A stretch of 23,779 bases of DNA from Gemmatimonadota bacterium (GCA_040389905.1 JAZJZK010000036.1:1-23779), one strand, 5' to 3'; shown: positions 1 through 10,861, counted from the stretch's first letter. Numbers and translations: made by a program. Notes: generated by a model not told the origin, from the sequence alone.

Positions 1-18
1 GGGGGTGCAAGCTGATCG

Positions 19-48
19 AACTTATCCGCGTTAACTCTTGTGTGTCAA
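19..48 (-). promoter_or_regulatory. Putative sigma70 promoter for the gene beyond the window start (-35 TTGACA, -10 TAAGTT)
   Basis: On the minus strand, TTGACA (48..43), an 18-nt spacer and TAAGTT (24..19) lie just downstream of the carA stop, in an AT-rich patch. Confidence 0.55.
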
Positions 49-62
49 GAGCTTAAAGCACT

Positions 63-1178
63 TCAGACGCGCGATTTTCTCACCGTTTCCATGAACTGCT
101 CGAACAACGGGCGGCCGTCGTGCGGACCGGGGGCCGCTTCCGGGTGATATTGGACGGCAAAAACGGGTAACTCCTTGTGCCGCAAGCCCTCTACGGTGCC
201 GTCGTTGAGATTCACGTGCGTGACTTCGAGCTCTGGAGCCCCAGGGATGGCGTCCTCCGAGCCCTGCACGGCAAAACCGTGGTTTTGCGACGTGATGAGG
301 ATGCGACCGGTCTCCAGCTCGCGAACGGGATGATTCCCGCCGCGATGGCCGTACGGCATTTTCGCGGTAGCCGCGCCGAAGGTCAGTCCCAAGAGCTGAT
401 GCCCCAAGCAGATACCAAAGATCGGCATCTCCTTTTCGGCGAGGGATCGCACCGTCGCGGGGGCGTACGAGATGGCGTCCGGGTCGCCCGGACCGTTGGA
501 GAGAAACACCCCATCGGGCGCCATGTCGAGGACGACTTCCGCCGACGTCTGGGCAGGTACGACTGTGATGCGGCACTCGGCGTCGTCGAACAGGCGGAGG
601 ATGTTCCGCTTGATCCCGAAGTCGTAGGCGACGATGTGATACGGCGCCTGCGGGTTTCCCCATACGTAGGGCTGCGCCGTGGTCACACGCGAGGCGAGAT
701 CGAGCCCCTCCATGGACGGGCACGCCTCGAGGGCCGCGACGACATCCGCCGATGGCGATTCGCCAGCGCCAATGGCCCCGCGCATCACGCCCGCCGTCCT
801 CAAGTGACGCGTTAGACGACGTGTATCAACGCCTTCCAGCACAGGGATTTGCGCCGCTTCGAGGTAGCTCCCGAGGTCACCTTCCGCGCGCCAATTCGAG
901 TAGCTGCGCGAGAGCTCGCGCACGATCACGCCGGCCACCTGGGCTCCCGCAGATTCCGGGTCGGCCGGGTTGACGCCGTAGTTGCCGATCATCGGCGCGG
1001 TCATGACGACGATCTGTCCGCGATACGAGGGGTCGGTGAAGACCTCCTGATATCCGCTCATGTTCGTGGTGAACACCACCTCGGCCACGGTGGCGGGAAG
1101 GGCGCCGTGGAGCGCACCACGAAACAGGGCTCCGTCCTCGAGGAGGAGGAACCCCGGCGTCGGCAAGCTGCGATTCAC
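63..1178 (-). CDS. carA: Carbamoyl-phosphate synthase small subunit
   Basis: Motifs EVVFTTNMSGYQE, DPSYRGQIVVMTAPMIGNYG, SNGPGDP, GICLGHQ and QYHPE. The start is reassigned to GTG at 1178, just after the secG stop; the ORF-track extension overlaps secG. Confidence 0.96.
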   Translation of the reverse strand: MNRSLPTPGFLLLEDGALFRGALHGALPATVAEVVFTTNMSGYQEVFTDPSYRGQIVVMTAPMIGNYGVNPADPESAGAQVAGVIVRELSRSYSNWRAEGDLGSYLEAAQIPVLEGVDTRRLTRHLRTAGVMRGAIGAGESPSADVVAALEACPSMEGLDLASRVTTAQPYVWGNPQAPYHIVAYDFGIKRNILRLFDDAECRITVVPAQTSAEVVLDMAPDGVFLSNGPGDPDAISYAPATVRSLAEKEMPIFGICLGHQLLGLTFGAATAKMPYGHRGGNHPVRELETGRILITSQNHGFAVQGSEDAIPGAPELEVTHVNLNDGTVEGLRHKELPVFAVQYHPEAAPGPHDGRPLFEQFMETVRKSRV

Positions 1179-1183
1179 CGTTG

Positions 1184-1609
1184 TTACGGCTTCTTCGGGG
1201 GCGTGGTGGTCGTCGCCGGCGCAGGCGTGCCTGCTGGTGCGGTCGACGGCGCTGCCGGCGTAAGATTCACGCCGCCATTGGCATTGGTCGGTGCGGCGCC
1301 CGCAGGCGCGTTCACCGGCGCACTCACCGGCGCGGGGGTGGCCAGATCGTCGAGCACTGACTTTGGCGCGCGCTGCCGCGTGGACCCGAGCGAGAGAATG
1401 AACGAGAGGAGCAGGAAGACTACGCCGCCCCACCAGCTCGTCTTGGTCAGGAGGTTGCCGGCCTGACGTGTACCGAGCAATGAATCTGCCGAGCTGCTGA
1501 CTCCACCGAAGGAGGAAGCGAGCCCGCCACCCTTCCCGCTCTGAAGCAGGATAGCGGCGATCAGCACCAGGCTGTCGATGACGAGCAGGACGAGAAGAAA
1601 GGTGAACAT
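1184..1609 (-). CDS. secG: Preprotein translocase subunit SecG with a Pro/Ala/Thr-rich tail
   Basis: Two TM segments, the motif ILLQSGKGGGLASSFGG and NLLTKTSW; it lies downstream of tpiA, the usual context. Confidence 0.94.
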   Translation of the reverse strand: MFTFLLVLLVIDSLVLIAAILLQSGKGGGLASSFGGVSSSADSLLGTRQAGNLLTKTSWWGGVVFLLLSFILSLGSTRQRAPKSVLDDLATPAPVSAPVNAPAGAAPTNANGGVNLTPAAPSTAPAGTPAPATTTTPPKKP

Positions 1610-1653
1610 TTGCGGCTTGTGATTTCGAGAAGCTTGGCGGGCGGTAACCTGTA

Positions 1654-1682
1654 AATATCACAGGACTTAGGGGCGAGTGCAA
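1654..1682 (-). promoter_or_regulatory. Putative sigma70 promoter of secG-carA
   Basis: Minus strand TTGCAC (1682..1677), 17-nt spacer, GATATT (1659..1654). Confidence 0.4.
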
Positions 1683-1697
1683 GCCCGCATGCACGCT

Positions 1698-1726
1698 AGC
1701 CCGCGTTCGCTACGCGAACGCGGGCT
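1698..1726. repeat. Perfect 13-bp inverted repeat (hairpin), possible terminator or REP-like stem
   Basis: AGCCCGCGTTCGC-TAC-GCGAACGCGGGCT; there is no U-tract on either side. Confidence 0.8.
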
Positions 1727-1775
1727 GTCCAGTGAGCGCAGCGAAGGCGCCGTCAAGCGAGCGTGAGCGAGCCTC
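1727..1775 (+). repeat. Degenerate repeat units, consensus about CCGTCCAGCGAGCGNAGCGAG (copy A)
   Basis: GTCCAGTGAGCGCAGCGAAGGCGCCGTCAAGCG (1727..1759) aligns to 2652..2685 with 25 of 34 columns identical by hand. Confidence 0.55.
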
Positions 1776-1780
1776 GTAGT

Positions 1781-2614
1781 TCATTGCCGTTTAGTCCACA
1801 GCTGAATCAGCCCACACTCCGTGCCCTGATTCTGATACTCGAGCGGCACTTCACCGCCCCGGCGATACACCTCGATCGCGATGAGATTACTGGTCGACAA
1901 CTCCGTCAAATCGTATGCGGCGACCCAATCATGGCGTGGATCGCTTCGAGGGTCTGACTGATCGATGGGGCCGCCGACTGTCAGCACCATGTTGTCCTGC
2001 ATGATTCGCATCGCGCACGAACCGCCGCTGACCGCCACCTTTTTCCGCGGCGTCGGCGTGCAGTTGTAGATCTTCGTGCCCAGCGGTTTGCAAAACGGCG
2101 GCGTCACCACATTCACACCCATCATGGCGCGCGCCAGATCTGCGACGCTCGACGTCTCGCGCTGTCGCAGCTCCGTCGAGTCGATGAACTTGCCGAAACC
2201 CAGCTTCTTGTGGTCTTCGATGAGCTGAAAGGTGCGCTGCATGACCAACGACATCGGCGCAGTCACTTTCACGGTGTCCAGCGCCGTCGGCACTCGCGCG
2301 AGCTTGACGTTCTTGTCGCGCGATTGGCCCGCTGTCACCTGCACCATGTTGCCCTGTTCCTCGAAGCCGAGCCGCCGCGCCACGATCATGAGAATGCCCT
2401 CAGGGAGGTCACCTATCACGAATCGGCCATTGGCGTCGGTCAGTACCTGGCGTTTGAGCTTCGCGATGGCGACTTCGGCACCGGCGATCGGCTTGCCGGT
2501 GGAATCTTCAGTAACAAGCCCCGTGATCGTCCCCGTTCCCTGCGCGTGCACACCGTTCAGGGCGGCTACGATCAACGAGACGGACATCAGGACAACTCGC
2601 CGAACTCGGCGCAT
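1781..2614 (-). CDS. Secreted protein with a carboxypeptidase-regulatory-like domain and a TonB-receptor plug-like domain, no barrel
   Basis: Signal peptide (VHA-Q). GTITGLVTEDSTGKPIAGAEV...TDANGRF...RRLGF is CarboxypepD_reg-like; GKFIDSTEL...SVADL and LIAIEVYRRG...CGLIQLWTK are plug-like. GAGG RBS upstream. Confidence 0.75.
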   Translation of the reverse strand: MRRVRRVVLMSVSLIVAALNGVHAQGTGTITGLVTEDSTGKPIAGAEVAIAKLKRQVLTDANGRFVIGDLPEGILMIVARRLGFEEQGNMVQVTAGQSRDKNVKLARVPTALDTVKVTAPMSLVMQRTFQLIEDHKKLGFGKFIDSTELRQRETSSVADLARAMMGVNVVTPPFCKPLGTKIYNCTPTPRKKVAVSGGSCAMRIMQDNMVLTVGGPIDQSDPRSDPRHDWVAAYDLTELSTSNLIAIEVYRRGGEVPLEYQNQGTECGLIQLWTKRQ

Positions 2615-2649
2615 ATCTACCTCGACTCGTGGGCTTTACCCGTCGTTGT

Positions 2650-2700
2650 CCGTCCATCGAGCGAAAGCGAGCGGACCGTCCAGCGTTGGCGCGAAGCGCC
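2650..2700 (+). repeat. Degenerate repeat units (copy B), similar to 1727..1775
   Basis: CCGTCCATCGAGCGAAAGCGAGCGGACCGTCCAGCG shares the GAGCG-N-AGCGA core and the CCGTC boxes. Confidence 0.55.
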
Positions 2701-2709
2701 CGCGGGCCG

Positions 2710-3468
2710 TCACGCACTGCAGATCGCCGTCCAGCTCGCCGGGTCCAGACTCGCGCCACCCACGAGCACACCGTCCACCTGATCCGCGGCGAGCAGCGCG
2801 GCGACGCTCGCCGGCGTCACGCTCCCGCCGTAGAGAATCGGGATGTCGTACGCCTCGGCCCCAACCAATTCCACCAGGGCCGAACGAATGACCCGGTGTA
2901 CCTCCGCCGCGTCATCGGGCGTCGCCGTGCGACCCGTTCCAATCGCCCAGACGGGTTCATAGGCGATGATCGCCCCGAGCAACGCGACATGCGACAGTGC
3001 AGACAATCCCGTGCGCAGTTGGTGCAGCACAACGGTCTCTGTTTCGCCCCGCTCGCGCTGCTCGATCTTCTCTCCAACGCAGAGTACCGGCACCATGCCC
3101 TGCTCATGCACTCGCGCGCACTTTCGCGCCGTCTCCGCATCCGTCTCACCGAAGACGTGCCTGCGCTCCGAATGTCCCACGAGCACGAACTCCGCGCCGG
3201 CGTCGCGCGCAATGCCCGCTGACGTTTCGCCGGTGAACGCGCCTTTCTCCTCCGCATGCACGTTCTGCACGCCCACGCTCACATCTGCTCTCGCCGCCAC
3301 ACCGTCGCGGACGGTGGAGAACGCGAGCGCGGAGGGAAACAGGATCACGGTGCGGTCAGGGCGCGCCGCGTACGCTCCGAGAAACGCCGAGACGAATGTG
3401 CCCGCCGCGGTGGGCCCGTGATTCATCTTCCAGTTCGCCGCGAACACCGGCCGAATGTGCGCAGCCAT
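2710..3468 (-). CDS. tpiA: Triosephosphate isomerase
   Basis: Motifs [36 protein letters not shown] and LVGGASL. The ATG at 3468 follows the pgk stop. Confidence 0.97.
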   Translation of the reverse strand: MAAHIRPVFAANWKMNHGPTAAGTFVSAFLGAYAARPDRTVILFPSALAFSTVRDGVAARADVSVGVQNVHAEEKGAFTGETSAGIARDAGAEFVLVGHSERRHVFGETDAETARKCARVHEQGMVPVLCVGEKIEQRERGETETVVLHQLRTGLSALSHVALLGAIIAYEPVWAIGTGRTATPDDAAEVHRVIRSALVELVGAEAYDIPILYGGSVTPASVAALLAADQVDGVLVGGASLDPASWTAICSA

Positions 3469-3472
3469 ATCG

Positions 3473-4672
3473 CTATCTCTCGTCGAGGATTGCAACGCCG
3501 GGAAGGACCTTGCCTTCGAGGAACTCCAGTGATGCGCCCCCGCCGGTGGAGACGTGGCTCATCTTCGCGGAAAGGCCGGCTTGCTCCACCGCTGCCGCCG
3601 AATCGCCGCCACCAACGATGGTCGTCGCGCCCTTCGCCGTCGCCTGAGCCATTGCCTCGGCGATCGCTTTGGTGCCTTTGTCGAACGGCGGCGTCTCGAA
3701 CACGCCCATCGGCCCGTTCCAGAGGATGGTCTTCGCGCTGAGTATGGCGCGCGAGTACGACTCCGCCGTGCGGGGCCCGATGTCGAGCATGGCCATGTCC
3801 GCGGGAATGTTTTCCTTGCTCACCGCTTTCGCCTTCGCGCCGTCCCCGATCGAGGGGGCGACGGTCGCATCATGCGGCAGGATCAGGATCGTCCCGGACT
3901 TGTCGATCAGCTCCGACGCCATCTCGACCCGATCCGGCTCGACGAGCGACTTCCCCGTCTCGAGCTCCATGGCCTTGTAGAACGTGCACGCCATCGCGCC
4001 CCCGACGAGTAGCGCGTCGACCTTCGGAAGGAGCGCCTCGATGACGTCGATCTTTCCCGAGATTTTCGATCCGCCGAGAATGGCAACGAAGGGTCGCTTT
4101 GGATCCTCGAGCGCGCCCTGGAGATACTGGAGTTCTTTCTCCATGAGCAACCCGGCGACTGCCGGTTTGAGGTGCCGCGCTACGCCTTCCGTGGACGCGT
4201 GCGCGCGGTGCGCCGTGCCGAAGGCATCGTTCACATAGAGATCGCCCAACTGCGCGAGCGCGCGCGCCAACCGCTCGTCGTTGGTTTCTTCGCCGCCAAG
4301 GAACCGCGTGTTTTCCAGCAAGAGCACCTCGCCCTCGCCAAGCGTGTACGTGGCCTTGAGTGCCTCATCGGTGTCCGTCGACTCGACGAAGCACACCGTG
4401 CGCCCTGGCAGGAGCTCGGTCAGCCTGCGACACACCGGCTCGAGGGAGTATTTGGGATTCGGCTTGCCCTTGGGTCGTCCAAGGTGCGAGAGCAGAATCA
4501 CCTTCGCACCGGCATCGAGCAGCAACTCGAGCGTCGGCAAGGCCGCGCGTATCCGGGTGTCGTCGGAGACGTGGCCCGCGTCATCGAGTGGGACGTTGAA
4601 ATCTACGCGCACCAGAGCGCGCTTCCCGCGGAGCTCGTCCGCGGAAAGGTCGCGTACAGTTCGTTTCGCCAT
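3473..4672 (-). CDS. pgk: Phosphoglycerate kinase
   Basis: Motifs [42 protein letters not shown] and [11 protein letters not shown]. Confidence 0.98.
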   Translation of the reverse strand: MAKRTVRDLSADELRGKRALVRVDFNVPLDDAGHVSDDTRIRAALPTLELLLDAGAKVILLSHLGRPKGKPNPKYSLEPVCRRLTELLPGRTVCFVESTDTDEALKATYTLGEGEVLLLENTRFLGGEETNDERLARALAQLGDLYVNDAFGTAHRAHASTEGVARHLKPAVAGLLMEKELQYLQGALEDPKRPFVAILGGSKISGKIDVIEALLPKVDALLVGGAMACTFYKAMELETGKSLVEPDRVEMASELIDKSGTILILPHDATVAPSIGDGAKAKAVSKENIPADMAMLDIGPRTAESYSRAILSAKTILWNGPMGVFETPPFDKGTKAIAEAMAQATAKGATTIVGGGDSAAAVEQAGLSAKMSHVSTGGGASLEFLEGKVLPGVAILDER

Positions 4673-4677
4673 TCGAC

Positions 4678-6430
<1,753 letters not shown>

Positions 6431-6497
6431 CGCTGAGGCGGAGGACCTGGCGAAATCAGCCGCTCGCGCCGATGAGAAAAACGAGCGGCGCGAGCCA

Positions 6498-6589
6498 TTG
6501 TCACCGCGAGCGAGCGCAGCGAGTCGAGGGGTCTGCACCTCGTACACGGGCGTGAGGTGCAGATCCCTCGACGTCGCTCGGGATGACAA
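6498..6589. repeat. REP-like long palindromic element (doublet)
   Basis: TTGTCACCGCGAGCGA pairs with TCGCTCGGGATGACAA (2 mismatches). GTCGAGGGGTCTGCACCTC pairs with GAGGTGCAGATCCCTCGAC (1 G-T). It lies between aroE and comF. Confidence 0.85.
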
Positions 6590-6594
6590 CGGGT

Positions 6595-7401
6595 CTAATG
6601 AATCGCTTTCCACATCGCGTCCCTGTCGGGCGCTATCCCGAACCAGCGCTCGAACGACAGCGCCCCCTGCTCGATGAGCATCCCCTCGCCATCGGCGGCA
6701 CGGTGTCCTGCGTTGCGCGCGGCGGTGACCCATGCCGTCTCGCCACGACGATAGGTGAGATCGAAGACCGCGCATCCGGACGGCAGGAGTTCGAGCGGCA
6801 CGGGAAAACCCGCACCCTCGTGGAGGCCAACGGGCGTCGCGTTCACGACCAGTGTGGCGCCCTCGAGCGCCGCCTCCAACGAGTTGGCGACTCGTGACAC
6901 CCCGGCAAATCGATCGACCAGTTGCTCGGCGCGTCCCATGCTCCGATTGTAAACGCGCACGTCGGAAACGCGGCATCGTTCGGCCGCACAGAGTACCGCC
7001 GAAGCGCTTCCCCCAGCGCCGATCACGGCAATTCGAGACTCGGCGAGTGGACCACCCGCGAGCGCACGCATCACCATCTCCGCGCCGCCGACATCCGTGT
7101 TGTCACCAACCAGTTCACCATCTTCGTGCCAGAAGGTGTTCACCGCGCCAACACGCCGTGCGAGTGCTGAAACGCGGATGCACTGAGCGTAGACCGTTTC
7201 CTTGTGCGGAATGGTGATGTTGCCGGCAGCCGGTTCTCTGGCCAGCACGTCAAGCGTCGCACTCAAGGCGTCGGGGGCGACGTCGAGCAACGAATACGTG
7301 AGCGGAATGGCAGCGGCGCGTAACGCTGCATTTTGAAACGCAGGTGAGATGGAGTGCGCGACGGGGTGTCCGAGGAGAACGAGCCGCGACGGAGCATCCA
7401 T
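6595..7401 (-). CDS. aroE: Shikimate dehydrogenase
   Basis: Motifs GHPVAHSISP, NITIPHK, GAVNT, GDNTD, GAGGSA, NATPVG and GMLIEQG. Confidence 0.95.
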   Translation of the reverse strand: MDAPSRLVLLGHPVAHSISPAFQNAALRAAAIPLTYSLLDVAPDALSATLDVLAREPAAGNITIPHKETVYAQCIRVSALARRVGAVNTFWHEDGELVGDNTDVGGAEMVMRALAGGPLAESRIAVIGAGGSASAVLCAAERCRVSDVRVYNRSMGRAEQLVDRFAGVSRVANSLEAALEGATLVVNATPVGLHEGAGFPVPLELLPSGCAVFDLTYRRGETAWVTAARNAGHRAADGEGMLIEQGALSFERWFGIAPDRDAMWKAIH

Positions 7402-7871
7402 CAGGAAGCGCCTGGCACTCGCTCGGCGGCGAGCCGGTCGAACACGCGCTTGATCTCCGTTTCGAGTTCATCTGCCGTCGCTCGATACGTGTCGAGGTCT
7501 CCGCCCATCGGATCGCTGATCGGCCGGCCGGCGCGCGGGCCCTCTGGGTACGCAGTCAGGAGGAAGCTCTTCCCCGCCCCGCCGAGGGCCTCCGCACGCT
7601 CGAGGTGATGCGGGCCCATCGCAAGAATGACATCCGCGTTCTGGACGAGTGCGCGAGAGAGTTGCTGCGAGCGGTGGGTGCCGAGATCCATGCGCCGCTC
7701 GAGGCCAACGAGGAGCGCACCGTCGGAAGCGGCGGCGCCGTCCCACGCGCTCGTGCCGGCGCTCGCCACATCGACGTCCGAGAGGCCACGCTCGATCACC
7801 ACTTTTCGGGCGATGGCTTCAGCCATCGGGCTGCGGCATGTGTTGCCGGTACAGACGAAGAGCAGCTTCAT
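7401..7871 (-). CDS. Low-molecular-weight protein phosphatase, YwlE-like (arginine phosphatase candidate)
   Basis: P-loop FVCTGNTCRSPMAE, SAGT and ISDPMGG; adjacent to tsaC. Confidence 0.9.
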   Translation of the reverse strand: MKLLFVCTGNTCRSPMAEAIARKVVIERGLSDVDVASAGTSAWDGAAASDGALLVGLERRMDLGTHRSQQLSRALVQNADVILAMGPHHLERAEALGGAGKSFLLTAYPEGPRAGRPISDPMGGDLDTYRATADELETEIKRVFDRLAAERVPGAS

Positions 7872-7874
7872 GGC

Positions 7875-8546
7875 TTACGCATCTCCAATGAGCCGCGGCG
7901 CCGTCTCCCGTAACACCGCAGCGGCGATAGCCCCGGGCCGGATGACGCGCGGCGCGCGACCGGTACAATCAACGACGGTGGATGGCGGCGAAGGCCGCAG
8001 CGTGCCGCCATCCAGCACTCGCAAGGTGCCGTGCGTCACCGTGTGCCCCCACTGTTCGAGAATCTCGCGCGAGGAGGTAGCGGGCGGAACCCCGGGACGG
8101 TTGGCACTCGTCGATGTGATGGCGTCGCCGTGTGCGCGGATGAGCTGCTGCAACGCCAGGTGCGACGTCCAACGCACCGCGATGCCGCCTTCCGGGCCAC
8201 GAAGGGCCTCCGGCACGCGCTTCTCGCCGCCCGGCAGCACCAGGGTGAGCGGTCCGGGCCAGTGGCGCGCCGCCAGGTTCGTCGCAAAGCTCGGGAGCCT
8301 GAGGTCCAGCCGCGCGAGCATGTCCGAACCGGCGATGAGGAGGAGAAATGGCTTCCCTTTCGGACGCCCTTTCATACGGACGAGCGCGGCCACCGAGTCG
8401 CGGTCGATGCCGCCACCAAATCCGTACACGGTCTCCGTGGGGTAGGCGAGCACACGCCGCAACTCGATTTGCTCGAGGGCGGGACGGATTGCCGCAGCGA
8501 CTTCCGCTTCGGACCAAAATGGGACAACGGGCAGGTCGACACTCAT
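7875..8546 (-). CDS. tsaC: L-threonylcarbamoyladenylate synthase (TsaC/Sua5 family, single domain)
   Basis: Motifs YPTETVYG, KGRPKGKP, WPGPLTLVL, STSAN and PSTVVD. Confidence 0.93.
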   Translation of the reverse strand: MSVDLPVVPFWSEAEVAAAIRPALEQIELRRVLAYPTETVYGFGGGIDRDSVAALVRMKGRPKGKPFLLLIAGSDMLARLDLRLPSFATNLAARHWPGPLTLVLPGGEKRVPEALRGPEGGIAVRWTSHLALQQLIRAHGDAITSTSANRPGVPPATSSREILEQWGHTVTHGTLRVLDGGTLRPSPPSTVVDCTGRAPRVIRPGAIAAAVLRETAPRLIGDA

Positions 8547-9235
8547 TCGGGCAACGTAAAGAGCGCCTCGGCGCGCGCAAAGTCGTCGGGTTCCGTGATC
8601 TTCAAGCCTCGCTCGCTTCCGCGAACGACGCGAACGGGAATCCCCATCTGCTCGAACAGGCCTGCGTCGTCGGTCGTTATGAGATGATCCACACGGCCGC
8701 GGCGATGCGCGTCCACGAGCAATTGCCGCGGAAAACCTTGGGGTGTCTGTGCGCGCCAGAGCCCCTCCCGGTCAACGGTTCGCACGATGAGGCCATCCTC
8801 GCCGACTTCCTTGAGCGTGTCGACGACTGGCATCGCCGCAACTGCGCACATGCCGCCTCGCACCGACTCGACGACCCGGTCGATGGTCGACATGGTCACG
8901 AGCGGGCGCGCCGCGTCGTGGATGAGAACGATCTGCGCCTCGTCGGGCAGGTCGTCGAGGCCATTGGCCACGCTCTCACTTCGTGTGCGGCCGCCGACGG
9001 AAACGAGTAGCCGGTCGACGTCGCACTGAAAGAGCCACGGTGGTGGATCGCCCGCATATCGCTCGGGCAGAACGACGACGACCATGCCAACATCCGGGCG
9101 CGCCATGAAGGTCTGCACGCTGTGGAGCAGCATCGGCTTTCCTGCAACCCACCGGAACTGCTTGAGCTCGTCGCCGCCAATGCGCGTGCCGCTTCCTCCG
9201 GCTACGATGACGACGCCGACGTCGCGGTCGGTCAT
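8543..9235 (-). CDS. ispD: 2-C-methyl-D-erythritol 4-phosphate cytidylyltransferase
   Basis: Motifs AGGSGTR, VLIHDAARP, QTPQGF, TDDA and KITEPDD. The ATG overlaps the radA stop (TGATG). Confidence 0.95.
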   Translation of the reverse strand: MTDRDVGVVIVAGGSGTRIGGDELKQFRWVAGKPMLLHSVQTFMARPDVGMVVVVLPERYAGDPPPWLFQCDVDRLLVSVGGRTRSESVANGLDDLPDEAQIVLIHDAARPLVTMSTIDRVVESVRGGMCAVAAMPVVDTLKEVGEDGLIVRTVDREGLWRAQTPQGFPRQLLVDAHRRGRVDHLITTDDAGLFEQMGIPVRVVRGSERGLKITEPDDFARAEALFTLPE

Positions 9236-10626
9236 CACGCGAACACCTTTTCGAAGAGCTCACCGATCGTTTTCACCCCAACCGCACGCAGCCCCTTTGG
9301 CGGGCGAGCGGGAACGGCGCGATCAGAGAGATATGCGATCGTCATTCCCATGTTGGCAGCCTCCGCAAGTCGTCGCTCCGCTTGTGACACGGGCCTGATC
9401 TCGCCGCCGAGACCGACCTCGCCGACGAAGACCGCGTCGTGTACCAGTGCACGATCGTATACGCTCGACGCGAGCGCGGCCGCCACTGCGAGGTCGCCTG
9501 CAGGTTCCTGGAGACGCATACCACCGACCACGTTGAGAAAGACATCCAGTTGCCCGAACGCGAGTCCAGCGCGTTTGTCGAGCACGGCGAGCAACAGCGC
9601 GAGGCGGCGACCGTCGTAGCCCGTCGCGACACGCTGGGGTGTGCCAAAGCCCGCCTTTGCGGCGAGCGCCTGCACCTCGATGAGAATCGGCCTCGTTCCT
9701 TCTAGCAGTGCGGTAACGGCACTACCGGATGAATGCCGGGTTCGGTCGCCGAGGAAGAGCTCGGAGGGGTTCGAGACCGGGATGAGTCCGTCCTGTGCCA
9801 TCCGGAAGACGCCGATCTCGTCGACGCTCCCGAACCGGTTCTTCGTCGCGCGCAACACCCGGTGATCGAGCGAGTTCTCGCCTTCGAAATAGAGCACCGT
9901 ATCGACGATGTGCTCGAGTGTCTTCGGACCGGCGATACCTCCGCCCTTCGTCACGTGCCCCACAACGAAAACGGCGGTGCCGCTTTCCTTGGCGAATCGC
10001 ATCAGCCGCGCGGCGCACTCGCGCACCTGGCCGACGTTGCCGGGGGCGCCCTCCAGATCATTCGTGTAGACCGTCTGGATCGAGTCGACGATCAGGACGG
10101 CGGGGGTCGCGGCCGCCGCGGTCGTGAGGATCGTCTCGAGATTCGTCTCGCTGAGGAGCGCGACATCGCCGGCGTCCTCGCTGAGCCGATCGGCGCGCAG
10201 CTTGATCTGGAGCGCGCTCTCCTCGCCCGACGCATAGAGCGCGCTGTGGCCGGCATTCTGGAAACGCGCGGCGACTTGCAGCAGGAGTGTGGATTTACCG
10301 ATACCGGGTTCGCCCCCGATGAGGATCATCGAGCCGGGAACAACACCGCCGCCGAGTACGAAGTCGAATTCGTTGATGCCGGTTTTCCAGCGGCGGGCTT
10401 CCGATCCACTCACCTCGCGCAGCTTTGGCGTGGCTGCGACGCTGCCGCCGTCCGCGAGCGACTTTGCCCCTCCCGCTCGGCGGCTGGCGCCGTTCGTGGG
10501 CGCCTTGGCGGCCATCTCTTCGACGAGCGAGTTCCAGGCGCCGCACACGTCGCATCGGCCAGCCCACTTGGGGTGATCGGCACCGCAGTCCGTGCAGCGA
10601 AAGACGGTTTTGGCCTTGGTTGCCAT
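9235..10626 (-). CDS. radA: DNA repair protein RadA/Sms
   Basis: N-terminal C4 zinc finger (CTDCG...CDVCG), Walker A GEPGIGKST, KNRFG motif and a Lon-like C-terminus. Confidence 0.98.
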   Translation of the reverse strand: MATKAKTVFRCTDCGADHPKWAGRCDVCGAWNSLVEEMAAKAPTNGASRRAGGAKSLADGGSVAATPKLREVSGSEARRWKTGINEFDFVLGGGVVPGSMILIGGEPGIGKSTLLLQVAARFQNAGHSALYASGEESALQIKLRADRLSEDAGDVALLSETNLETILTTAAAATPAVLIVDSIQTVYTNDLEGAPGNVGQVRECAARLMRFAKESGTAVFVVGHVTKGGGIAGPKTLEHIVDTVLYFEGENSLDHRVLRATKNRFGSVDEIGVFRMAQDGLIPVSNPSELFLGDRTRHSSGSAVTALLEGTRPILIEVQALAAKAGFGTPQRVATGYDGRRLALLLAVLDKRAGLAFGQLDVFLNVVGGMRLQEPAGDLAVAAALASSVYDRALVHDAVFVGEVGLGGEIRPVSQAERRLAEAANMGMTIAYLSDRAVPARPPKGLRAVGVKTIGELFEKVFA

Positions 10627-10633
10627 AGCACGA

Positions 10634-10639
10634 AAGTTA
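10634..10639 (-). promoter_or_regulatory. Putative -10 box TAACTT, 7 nt upstream of the radA ATG (leaderless-type)
   Basis: Minus strand TAACTT-TCGTGCT-ATG with no SD sequence; the same hexamer occurs in the yicC promoter. Confidence 0.45.
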
Positions 10640-10807
10640 GCGCGCGGTGTCCGGAGACGCCGGAGCAGAACATTGCGCGCGTAATCGTTTTCGGTGGGGT
10701 CCTGTTGCGCGTCCGCCGGACGTCAGCTGTGACAGGTGCTCAGTAGCCAGCCGCTGGGGGTGGGGCGCTCTGATGGCGCTGCGCCTTGTGCAGTGGCAAA
10801 CAGCATG

Positions 10808-10848
10808 GGTGCAGGCCCTTCGCTTCTCTCAGGGCCACAGAAAACGAG
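10808..10848 (+). repeat. REP-like half element
   Basis: GGTGCAGGCCCTTCGCTTCTCTCAGGGCCACAGAAAACGAG closely matches 14608..14645 and the right arm of 6498..6589. Confidence 0.8.
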
Positions 10849-10861
10849 CGGAATCGCGACG

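Noticed and set aside
1179..1694. N-terminal extension of the 543-aa carA ORF
   Set aside because: It overlaps secG in another frame; CarA homology begins only near 1178.
1698..1780. Integron attC site after the plug-domain gene
   Set aside because: There are no RYYYAAC/GTTRRRY core sites bounding the hairpin and no integrase in the window.
6499..6976. Long N-terminal extension of comF (422-aa ORF)
   Set aside because: It runs through a palindromic repeat and overlaps aroE, and is not protein-like.
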